This document shows, one piece after another, positions 36,165 to 43,544 of a DNA stretch of 64,000 nt. A model generated the notes under the pieces. That model was not told the DNA's origin. It did not search any database and was given only the letters and a program-made list of their open reading frames with translations. Numbering within the stretch: the stretch's first letter is position 1; each line of letters opens with the position of its first letter. The translations under genes and the position numbers were made by a program. Origin of the DNA: Chloroflexota bacterium (lineage in GTDB: Bacteria > Chloroflexota > Limnocylindria > Limnocylindrales > CSP1-4); NCBI GenBank assembly GCA_044506615.1, contig JBIQKJ010000010.1, positions 68,440 to 132,439 on the forward strand, in the 5' to 3' direction.

Positions 36165-37766
36165 GTGCGTACCCCCGTCCTGCTGTATCTGCTTGCGCTC
36201 GCGGTCCGCGCGTTGCTCATCGCGCTCTACCCGGACCCCGCGTACCCCGATTCCTACTACTACGTCGACGTCGCGAGGTCCCTTGCCGCCGGTCGCGGGT
36301 TCACAGTCGACTTCGTCTGGATCTTCGCCGAGGTGGGCGGCCGCATCCCGGCCCACCCGACCCTGCCGATCCCGTCGAACGCGCATTGGATGCCATTGGC
36401 GTCAATCGTGCAGGTGCCGTTCCTTGCTCTGTTCGGCCCGGTGGCGTGGGCTTCGGCAGCGCCCTTCGCCTTGATCGGATCTGCGGCCGCGCCGCTCGCG
36501 TGGGCGATCGCGCGAGACGCGGGTGCGCGACCCTGGGTCGCCCTGGGTGCCGGCGTCCTCACCGCGATCCCCGCCATGTCGGTCGTCTACATGGTTCAGC
36601 CAGACAACTTCTCCCTCTTCCAACCCCTGGTGGCGGGCGCCCTGTGGATGACGGCTCGCGGGCTCAAGGGCTCGCCTCGATCATTCATGCTCGCCGGGCT
36701 GCTCACCGGGCTCGCCACCCTGTCGCGCAATGACGGGCTCCTGGTCGCCGCCACCCTCGGGGTTGCCGTGGCGTGGGATCGCTGGCGGGCATGGCGATCG
36801 AGAAGCATCCGGCCGCCGGCCATTCCGTGGGTCGCCGTCGTCGTCGCAGCGATCGCATTCCTCGCCGTCATGGCGCCGTGGTGGCTCCGACAGCTTTCCG
36901 TCTTCGGATCGCTGTCGCCGTCCACCGCGTCCGGAAAGGTCCTGTTCATCCGCGACATCGGCGAGTGGAACAGCATCACCACGCCAGCAACCCTCGAGCA
37001 CCTGCTCGGTATGGGTGCCGGGCCGTTGATCGCGACGCGGCTGGGCGGCCTCGTGGCGGCGGTGACGATCTACGCGACATTGGTGGGGGGCGTCATCCTC
37101 GCGCCGCTGATGCTGGTCGGGGCGTGGGCGCGCCGGCGGTCCGTCGACTTCGGCCCGTTCTTCATCTATGCGCTCCTCCTGTTCGCGTTCTCGGCACTGG
37201 TTTCGGCCGTCCACGTGCCTGGCGGGACGTTCATCCACTCCGCGGTAGCGCTCGCGCCCCACAGCTACGTCCTGGCCCTCGAGGGCATCGCCGTCGCCGT
37301 CGCCTGGATCGCTCATCGCCGGCCAACGTGGCAACCCGCACCCGCGACTCGGATCTTCACCACGGCTGCGGTGGCATTCGCCGTGTTGGTCGGCGTGGCG
37401 GGATCGGCGTTCGTTCACCAGGTCTGGGGCGAGCGTCGCGAGCGAGGACGAGCGGTGGCCGCCGCCCTGGATGCTGCCGGTGCGTCACCGTCCGACCGGG
37501 TGATGTCCATCGATGCCGCGGGTACTCGGTACTGGACGGGTCGCGGGGGTGTCGTGCTCGTGAACGATCCGCTCGAGACCGTCGCGGAGGTGGCGCGCGC
37601 CTACGACGTCGACTGGCTGGTGCTCGAGCGGGACGACACCGTCTCGGCAGCGGCCCCGGTCTTCGAGGGAGAGCGGCCCGACTGGGTCGGCCCGCCGGTC
37701 CTCGAGCGTGGGGACGATCGTGTGACGCTCGCGGTCTACCCGGTTCGACTGGATCCACAGCCATGA
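36165..37766 (+). CDS. ArnT/PMT_2-like GT-C membrane glycosyltransferase
   Basis: LYPDPAYPDSYYYVDVARSLAAGRGF after TM1, LSRNDG, about 12 TM helices plus a C-terminal soluble domain. Confidence 0.7.
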   Translation: MRTPVLLYLLALAVRALLIALYPDPAYPDSYYYVDVARSLAAGRGFTVDFVWIFAEVGGRIPAHPTLPIPSNAHWMPLASIVQVPFLALFGPVAWASAAPFALIGSAAAPLAWAIARDAGARPWVALGAGVLTAIPAMSVVYMVQPDNFSLFQPLVAGALWMTARGLKGSPRSFMLAGLLTGLATLSRNDGLLVAATLGVAVAWDRWRAWRSRSIRPPAIPWVAVVVAAIAFLAVMAPWWLRQLSVFGSLSPSTASGKVLFIRDIGEWNSITTPATLEHLLGMGAGPLIATRLGGLVAAVTIYATLVGGVILAPLMLVGAWARRRSVDFGPFFIYALLLFAFSALVSAVHVPGGTFIHSAVALAPHSYVLALEGIAVAVAWIAHRRPTWQPAPATRIFTTAAVAFAVLVGVAGSAFVHQVWGERRERGRAVAAALDAAGASPSDRVMSIDAAGTRYWTGRGGVVLVNDPLETVAEVARAYDVDWLVLERDDTVSAAAPVFEGERPDWVGPPVLERGDDRVTLAVYPVRLDPQP

Positions 37767-39397
37767 GCCGCCGTGAGGCCATCCTGACCGCGCTCGGGAT
37801 CTTCGCCGTCGCCCTCGCAGTCCGGTTCTGGTTCGCCGCGCAGATCGTCTACGCGAAGCCAGAGGACACGGCGTACTACGTCGGCGTCGCCCGGAACCTG
37901 CTGGAAGGCCGTGGGCTCATCTCGGATGCGCTGTGGAGCTACCAGACGCCGCCGCTCGAGCTCGGCCGTGATGCATTCGAAGTGTGGATGCCCCTCCCGA
38001 CGTTCCTGGCAGCGATCACGATGGCCGTCTTCGGCGTCTCCTTCACGGGGGCGCAGGTCTCATCCGTCATCGTCGGCGCGATGCTGCCCGTGCTGGCGTG
38101 GCGCCTGGCGGCCGACGTGGCGGACGATCGTCGCTTCGACGCGTGGCGTGCTCGGACGATCGCGATCGGGACAGGCCTGACCACTGCCGTCTATCTACCG
38201 GTCCTGCTGTTCTCGGCGTTGCCTGACTCGACGATGCCGTTTGCGGTGCTCGTCCTCGGTGCCTGCCTGCTCATGACCCGCATCCTCCGGGAGCCCGCTG
38301 CCCCCGCGCGGGTTGATGGCCGGGCGATCGCGCTCGGCGTTGTGCTCGGCTTGGGGGCCCTTACCCGCAACGAAACCGCCATTCTCGCCCTGATCTGGGC
38401 GGTGCTCGTATGGTTCCGGACTGGCTGGACGCTGGCGGAGCGTCTTCGCCTCATCGGGATCGTGGCCCTGGCTGCGTTCGTCGTGTTTCTCCCATGGATC
38501 GTCCGGAACCTCGTGGTCCTTGGTCACCCTTTGCCCAGCCAAGCGGCTGCGAATGCGCTCTATCTGACCGGTTTCGACGTCTTTGCATGGAACGACCCGC
38601 CAACGCTCGCCCGCTACCTCGCGCAGGGTCCGCTGCACCTCCTCGAGCTGCGTGTCGAGGGCACGGCGCACAACCTCTTCAATGTGCTCCTCTATCTCGG
38701 GCTGCCGATCTCGCTGATCGGCCTGGCGACCCTGCCCTGGCAGGGTCGCGACGCGGCTACACGGCCGCTGGTGCTGATCAGCGTGGTGCTGTTCGTGTTC
38801 ATCAGCCTCGTGTTCCCGGCCGCCACGCAGTGGGGAACATTCCTTCATGCCGCGGGACCCGCCCACGTCCTCCTGGTGCTCAGTGCATTGCTCGCTCTCG
38901 ACGCGGCGATTGCCCGGCTTGGCCAACGGCTCGGGTGGACGAACCCAGTAGCGTGGCTGGGGCCGGCCCTCGGAGTCTTCGCATCGCTGCTGTTCTCCGC
39001 GGTGCTGCTCGCAGGATTCGGCGCGAGCTCGCGCGAAACGGCGACCTATTACCAGGAGCTTGGCCGCCGCATGGCGGCAATCGGGCGGCCCCTCGACGCT
39101 TCCGCGGGACCCGTGATCTCCAACTTCCCCATTTGGGTGGCCGAGGAGTTCAGGATCCCCGCCCTCGCGCTGCCAAACGAGCCGCCCCTCGACGTCCTCG
39201 ACCTGGCCGCGTCGTTCGAGGGGACGCGGCTGTTGATCCTCAGCGATCCGGGCCATCCCCATTGGCCAGCCGACCTGGACGCCGGGGCGCCGGGCAGCGA
39301 GTGCTTCCAGGAGCTGGACCTCGGCGTGGCCCCCGACGCCACGTTGGCGACCGATCCCCTCGCGAAGACCCGCGTCTTCGTGATTGCCTGTCCATGA
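37763..39397 (+). CDS. ArnT/PMT_2-like GT-C membrane glycosyltransferase (tandem paralog)
   Basis: ATG 37763 overlaps the upstream stop (ATGA). KPEDTAYYVGVARNLLEGRGL, LTRNET, C-terminal soluble domain. Confidence 0.7.
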   Translation: MSRREAILTALGIFAVALAVRFWFAAQIVYAKPEDTAYYVGVARNLLEGRGLISDALWSYQTPPLELGRDAFEVWMPLPTFLAAITMAVFGVSFTGAQVSSVIVGAMLPVLAWRLAADVADDRRFDAWRARTIAIGTGLTTAVYLPVLLFSALPDSTMPFAVLVLGACLLMTRILREPAAPARVDGRAIALGVVLGLGALTRNETAILALIWAVLVWFRTGWTLAERLRLIGIVALAAFVVFLPWIVRNLVVLGHPLPSQAAANALYLTGFDVFAWNDPPTLARYLAQGPLHLLELRVEGTAHNLFNVLLYLGLPISLIGLATLPWQGRDAATRPLVLISVVLFVFISLVFPAATQWGTFLHAAGPAHVLLVLSALLALDAAIARLGQRLGWTNPVAWLGPALGVFASLLFSAVLLAGFGASSRETATYYQELGRRMAAIGRPLDASAGPVISNFPIWVAEEFRIPALALPNEPPLDVLDLAASFEGTRLLILSDPGHPHWPADLDAGAPGSECFQELDLGVAPDATLATDPLAKTRVFVIACP

Positions 39398-40518
39398 AAG
39401 GTCGTCCGTATACTCCAGAATCAATGGACGCCGTGCGCGCGGGCACCGAGCCGACCGACGGCCGCTTCGATGGGCTCCGGGCCGAGGCGTCCGCGGCGGT
39501 CGGATACAGCGCGAACACGCTCCGCGCCACCCGCGAGCGCTACCGGGAGGCCTACACCGACGCGCTTCGTCGCTGGCAGGGGCTCCGCGACGAGCTCGAG
39601 GCGCTCGAGCGGGCGCCGCGCGACGGGCGACCGAGGGTGGTCCCGCCGGGCGCAAGCCCCGAGGACGCCGCGACCGCCGCCGAGGCGCACGCCGACGACG
39701 AGCACCTTCGGGCGCTGCGCCACGAGGTCGAGAACCTGACTGCCGAGATCAGCGAGCGCCAGGCGCACCTCGGCAAGATCGAGCTCGCCGAGCGGACCCT
39801 CGAACGGACGTGGCTGTTCCTCGAGCAGCGCGACGCCAGCCTGCTCATGGAGGGCGGACCGACCACGGCGAGCGACTTCGCGATGCGCATCGTCGAGGCC
39901 CAGGAGGCCGAGCGGTCACGCCTCGCCCAGGAAGTCCACGACGGCCCCGCCCAGGCGCTCGCCAACGCCATCTTCCAGGTCGAGTACCTCGAGCGGATCA
40001 TCGAGTCGGATACCGCGCTCGCGCGCACCGAGCTTCGCTATCTGCGCGAGCTGCTGCGCCGCGAGCTGGGCGACGTCCGCTCGTTCATCAGCGCGCTGCG
40101 CCCACCGCTGCTCGCCGAGATCGGTCTCGACGGGTCGCTGCTCGAGGCAGTCGAGCACGCGCGGACGCTGACCGGCCTGCCGATCTCGGTGGAGCTGGGT
40201 GCGTCGAGCGACGGATTGGGGGCCGGAGCGCAGACAGTCGTCCTGCGCGTGGTACAGGAAGCACTGCAGAATGTCCGCAAGCACGCGGCCGCCACGAAGG
40301 CGTCCGTGGTGACGCGGACGGAGGGCACCGACTGGGTCGTTGAGGTGCGCGACGACGGGCGTGGGTTCGATCCGGCCGCGGTGGCCGCCCGAGGGCGGCG
40401 CAACTTCGGCCTCCAATTCATGCGCGAACGAGCCGAGCTGATCGGCGCCCGACTGGACGTACGATCTCGGACGGACGGCGGCACGGTCGTCCGACTGGCG
40501 ATCCCCGTCCCGGGCTGA
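39394..40518 (+). CDS. Soluble HisKA_3-type sensor histidine kinase (DegS-like, coiled-coil N-terminus, no TM)
   Basis: ATG 39394 overlaps the GT-C stop (ATGA); ATG 39424 is an alternative. EAERSRLAQEVHDGPAQ (H-box), QEALQNVRKHA (N-box), DDGRGF, FGLQFMRERA. Confidence 0.8.
   Translation: MKGRPYTPESMDAVRAGTEPTDGRFDGLRAEASAAVGYSANTLRATRERYREAYTDALRRWQGLRDELEALERAPRDGRPRVVPPGASPEDAATAAEAHADDEHLRALRHEVENLTAEISERQAHLGKIELAERTLERTWLFLEQRDASLLMEGGPTTASDFAMRIVEAQEAERSRLAQEVHDGPAQALANAIFQVEYLERIIESDTALARTELRYLRELLRRELGDVRSFISALRPPLLAEIGLDGSLLEAVEHARTLTGLPISVELGASSDGLGAGAQTVVLRVVQEALQNVRKHAAATKASVVTRTEGTDWVVEVRDDGRGFDPAAVAARGRRNFGLQFMRERAELIGARLDVRSRTDGGTVVRLAIPVPG
39409..39414 (+). promoter_or_regulatory. 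Candidate internal -10 box TATACT, 9 nt upstream of ATG 39424
   Basis: Same TATACT-N9-ATG geometry as at 4616-4633. Confidence 0.3.
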
Positions 40519-40539
40519 CAAGGGAGCAGAGGAGAGCGA

Positions 40540-41286
40540 ATGAGCGCAGCCGAGTACTCGGGCCCCGAGCGGCGACGGGGCGGTCCGGATCGCCGGAACC
40601 CAGGTGAGATCACGCGGATCCTCATCGTCGACGATCACGCGCTGTTCCGCGTCGGGATCGCCAACATCCTCGGCCGGGAGCCGGACTTCGAGATCGTCGG
40701 CGAGGCCGACGATTCGCGAAGCGCGATGGATCGGGCGCTCGAGACGTCGCCCGACATCATCCTCATGGACCTGTCGCTGCCCGCTCCGGGCGGCATCGAG
40801 ACCACCCAGCGGATCAAGCGCGAGCTGCCGTCGACCGCGATCGTCGTTCTTGCCGTCAGCGAGGACGAGGACGCGCTGTTCGACGCGATCAAGGCCGGCG
40901 CCGCCGCGTTCATCCTCAAGGACGTCGGCCCCGACGACCTCGTCACGATCATCCGCCGGGTCGTCTCCGGCGAGTACCTCATCAACGACAAGGTCTTCTC
41001 GAAGCCGTCGGTCGCGTCGCGGGTCCTCAAGGAGTTCCGCGAGCTCGCGGTCTACGGCCAGGAGGCCGCCCCGATCTTCGCGCCGCTGTCGCCGCGCGAG
41101 GTGGAGATCCTCGACAACATCGCCCAGGGCATGACGAACAAGCAGGTCGCCTATGCCCTCACGATCTCCGAGCAGACCGTCAAGAACCACATGAGCTCGA
41201 TCCTGCGCAAGCTCTCGGTCAACGACCGAACCCAGGCCGTCGTCTACGCGATGCGCCAGGGCTGGATCCGGATGCCCGAGGACTGA
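40540..41286 (+). CDS. NarL/LuxR (DegU-like) response regulator
   Basis: AGAGGAG SD. ILIVDDH, IILMDLSLP (phospho-Asp), VLAVSED, C-terminal HTH LSPREVEILDNIAQGMTNKQVAYALTISEQTVKNH. Confidence 0.9.
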   Translation: MSAAEYSGPERRRGGPDRRNPGEITRILIVDDHALFRVGIANILGREPDFEIVGEADDSRSAMDRALETSPDIILMDLSLPAPGGIETTQRIKRELPSTAIVVLAVSEDEDALFDAIKAGAAAFILKDVGPDDLVTIIRRVVSGEYLINDKVFSKPSVASRVLKEFRELAVYGQEAAPIFAPLSPREVEILDNIAQGMTNKQVAYALTISEQTVKNHMSSILRKLSVNDRTQAVVYAMRQGWIRMPED

Positions 41287-42512
41287 TGACCGACGCTGCC
41301 GCCGCCGAGCCGCCCGCGTCCGAGCTTCCGCTCCCGGAGCGCCTCGCGGGCGATCTCGACGCGATCGAGAAGGAGCTCGGCGAGATCGACCTGCTCGTCG
41401 AGCAGGCGACGACCGAGGCTGGCCGCCATGAGGCCCGTCGCGCCGCGGCCGCCGAGAAGGCGTCGCGCGCGGCTCGGGGCGGGACCGATCCTGCCGAGCT
41501 CAACGGCCTCTACGAGCAGCTCATGACGCTGACCAAGCGGGCGGCGCTCATGGAGTCCCAGGTCGAGGTGCTCGAGGGCAAGCGACGGGCGCTCACCCGG
41601 TATCGCGATGCCCTCGCGTCGTACGTCGACGCCGCCGGTGCCGCGCCAGCATCGCCGGCCACCGCCCGGTCGGAGCCGTCCGCGGTCGACGGCGGCGTGC
41701 TCGAAGGGGTGCCGCCGGCAGTCGCCCGTCTCCTGCTGACCACCCAGGAGGACCTGCGTCGCGACATCGCGCGCGCGATGCACGACGGGCCGGCACAGAG
41801 CCTCACGAACATCGTGCTCCAGGCCCAGATCGTCGAGCGGCTCGTCACCGCCGACCCGCAGATGGCCTCCGGCGAAGTCCGCCAGCTGATCGCGATGGTC
41901 CAGCAGACGCTCGAGGCGACGAAGTCGTTCATCTTCGACGTGCGCCCGATGGTGCTCGACGATCTCGGCCTCGTCGCGACGCTCCGGCGGGCGGCTCGTG
42001 ACCGCGGGCGGCGCGCCGGCGTCGCAGTCGAGTTCGATTCGGTCGGGGTCGACCGGCGGCTCCCGATGGAGATCGAGAGCGGCCTCTTCCGGATCCTCGA
42101 CGAGGCGCTGACCGCGTATCTCGCGCTCGGGCCCGATCGGGTGACCGTCAAGCTCGACTGGGGCGACGGGATGGAGGCGCGCGTGACCGCGATCCGAGGC
42201 GCCCCGGAGATGGCCGTCGAGGGCACGCCCGAGGAGCCGTCGACCGAGAAGACCTCCGGCCGGAAGGGCCGGGGCAAGGCAGCCGAGCTTCCGCCGGCCC
42301 TCGCCGCGATGATCGAGGAGCGCCGCGCCGATGAGCGCGATGCGGCCGAGGCCGCGCGGCTCCGGGCGCTGGTCGTCCTGCCCGCATCGACGTGGCGCGA
42401 GATCGAATCGCGTGCGCGCACGCTGGGACTCGAGGTCGAGCTGCTCGGCGAGGGCTCGGAGCTGCGCGTCGCGGTCGACCTCACCAACGGAGACCGTCCG
42501 GAGGCGGAGTGA
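41286..42512 (+). CDS. Degenerate HisKA_3 kinase-like protein (H-box retained, ATP-binding motifs lost)
   Basis: ATG 41286 overlaps the RR stop (TGATG). Coiled-coil N-terminus. RRDIARAMHDGPAQSL H-box. EALTAYLA replaces the N-box, there is no DxGxG, and a Lys/Glu-rich insert is present. Confidence 0.65.
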   Translation: MTDAAAAEPPASELPLPERLAGDLDAIEKELGEIDLLVEQATTEAGRHEARRAAAAEKASRAARGGTDPAELNGLYEQLMTLTKRAALMESQVEVLEGKRRALTRYRDALASYVDAAGAAPASPATARSEPSAVDGGVLEGVPPAVARLLLTTQEDLRRDIARAMHDGPAQSLTNIVLQAQIVERLVTADPQMASGEVRQLIAMVQQTLEATKSFIFDVRPMVLDDLGLVATLRRAARDRGRRAGVAVEFDSVGVDRRLPMEIESGLFRILDEALTAYLALGPDRVTVKLDWGDGMEARVTAIRGAPEMAVEGTPEEPSTEKTSGRKGRGKAAELPPALAAMIEERRADERDAAEAARLRALVVLPASTWREIESRARTLGLEVELLGEGSELRVAVDLTNGDRPEAE

Positions 42513-42691
42513 TCACCCTCGCTGCGATCCGTGGCCACGGCCCGGGCGCGTGCGCCGGCCAGGGCATCGTCGAGTACGGGCTGATCCTCGCGCTCACGTC
42601 GGTGCTGACGATCGTGATCCTCGTGGTCTTCGGCGGGACGCTCAGCGACGTGCTGCAGACGATCGGCGACGCGATCGACGCGGCGACGTAA
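42509..42691 (+). CDS. flp: Flp/Fap-type pilin 1
   Basis: GTG 42509 overlaps the upstream stop (GTGA) after GGAGGCGGAG. CAG/QGIVEYGLILALTSVL processing motif and hydrophobic core. Confidence 0.7.
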   Translation: MITLAAIRGHGPGACAGQGIVEYGLILALTSVLTIVILVVFGGTLSDVLQTIGDAIDAAT

Positions 42692-42707
42692 GTCGTGCCC
42701 CCGGCAA

Positions 42708-42728
42708 GGTCCCACCGCGGTTGGGACC
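42708..42728 (+). terminator. Weak hairpin after flp1 (GGTCCCA-N7-TGGGACC), no U-tract
   Basis: 7-bp perfect stem seen 17 nt after the flp1 stop. Confidence 0.3.
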
Positions 42729-42815
42729 AATAGGCTAGTGCAATCCCGGGAACGCTCGCGGATAGTTCAGACCGCCCCCGCTTGGGGGGTGAGTACTCAT
42801 CCAGGAGGCAGCCAC

Positions 42816-42986
42816 ATGGCGCTCGTCACCGCTCTCCTCGCCTCGCTTCGGCGCGACGAGGAAGGCCAGGGTCTCGCGGAGTACGCGCTGATCCTCGCCC
42901 TCATCGCGATCATCGCGATCATCGCCCTGATCTTCCTCGGTGGGCAGGTCAGCGGCATCCTGAGCAACGTCGGCAAGTCGATCTAG
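42816..42986 (+). CDS. flp: Flp/Fap-type pilin 2
   Basis: AGGAGG SD, ATG 42816. MALVTALLASLRRDEEG/QGLAEYALILALIAIIAIIALIFLGGQVSGILSNVGKSI. Confidence 0.85.
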   Translation: MALVTALLASLRRDEEGQGLAEYALILALIAIIAIIALIFLGGQVSGILSNVGKSI

Positions 42987-43006
42987 TCGACCTCGACAGC
43001 AACACC

Positions 43007-43055
43007 GAACCGCCGGAGCCCTCGGGCCCGGCGGTTCTTCCTTTTCTGGGGTTTT
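43007..43055 (+). terminator. Intrinsic terminator after flp2
   Basis: GAACCGCCGG...CCGGCGGTTC stem followed by TTCCTTTTCTGGGGTTTT. Confidence 0.7.
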
Positions 43056-43087
43056 CCGTGGTGCACCAGATACGGCATTACCCGTAC

Positions 43088-43116
43088 TTGACACGATCCC
43101 GAGTCGCACCTACCTT
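43088..43116 (+). promoter_or_regulatory. Sigma-70-like promoter of flp3 (TTGACA-N17-TACCTT)
   Basis: -35 at 43088-43093, 17-nt spacer, -10 at 43111-43116. About 55 nt upstream of ATG 43175. Confidence 0.5.
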
Positions 43117-43174
43117 GTCGCAGCCTCCGGTGGGGGCCGGGGAGCCCAAGGGGAAAGGAGGTGTCTGCCCAACC

Positions 43175-43345
43175 ATGTCGTACATCACTGCTCTCATCGC
43201 ATCGCTTCGCTCTGAGGACGAGGGCCAGGGTCTCGCGGAGTACGCGCTGATCCTCGCGCTCATCGCCATCATCGCGATCATCGCCCTGATCTTCCTGGGC
43301 GGCCAGGTCAGCGGGATCCTGAGCAACGTCGGCAAGTCGATCTAG
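43175..43345 (+). CDS. flp: Flp/Fap-type pilin 3 (mature peptide identical to pilin 2)
   Basis: AAAGGAGG SD, ATG 43175. MSYITALIASLRSEDEG/QGLAEY... From the processing-site Gly codon to the stop it differs from flp2 only by 6 synonymous changes. Confidence 0.85.
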   Translation: MSYITALIASLRSEDEGQGLAEYALILALIAIIAIIALIFLGGQVSGILSNVGKSI

Positions 43346-43370
43346 TCGGCTCCATCACGGACTCTGAACG

Positions 43371-43410
43371 GACCGCCGATCGCGTGAGCGACTCGGCGGT
43401 CTATTCGTCT
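43371..43410 (+). terminator. Hairpin terminator after flp3
   Basis: GACCGCCGA...TCGGCGGTC stem (extendable) followed by TATTCGTCT. Confidence 0.5.
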
Positions 43411-43447
43411 CGAGGGCACGGAGGCACCGTTCCGTACCAACGGCCTA

Positions 43448-43475
43448 TTGACCCGTCACACCCGGACCCTAGTGT
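43448..43475 (+). promoter_or_regulatory. Sigma-70-like promoter of flp4 (TTGACC-N16-TAGTGT)
   Basis: -35 at 43448-43453, -10 at 43470-43475. Confidence 0.45.
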
Positions 43476-43544
43476 CACCTCATACGGCCGCATCATGTCG
43501 CACGGTGCAGGCGGTCTAGGGAATGGAAGGAGGTGATCAGCTCC

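Noticed and set aside
36773-37762. N-terminal extensions of ORFs 36773..39397, 38410..40518, 55383..58367 and 19707..21926
   Set aside because: In each case the upstream part overlaps a motif-supported gene in another frame and is Arg/Pro/Gly-rich. The recognisable protein starts at a start codon overlapping the upstream stop (37763, 39394, 56739, 20720).
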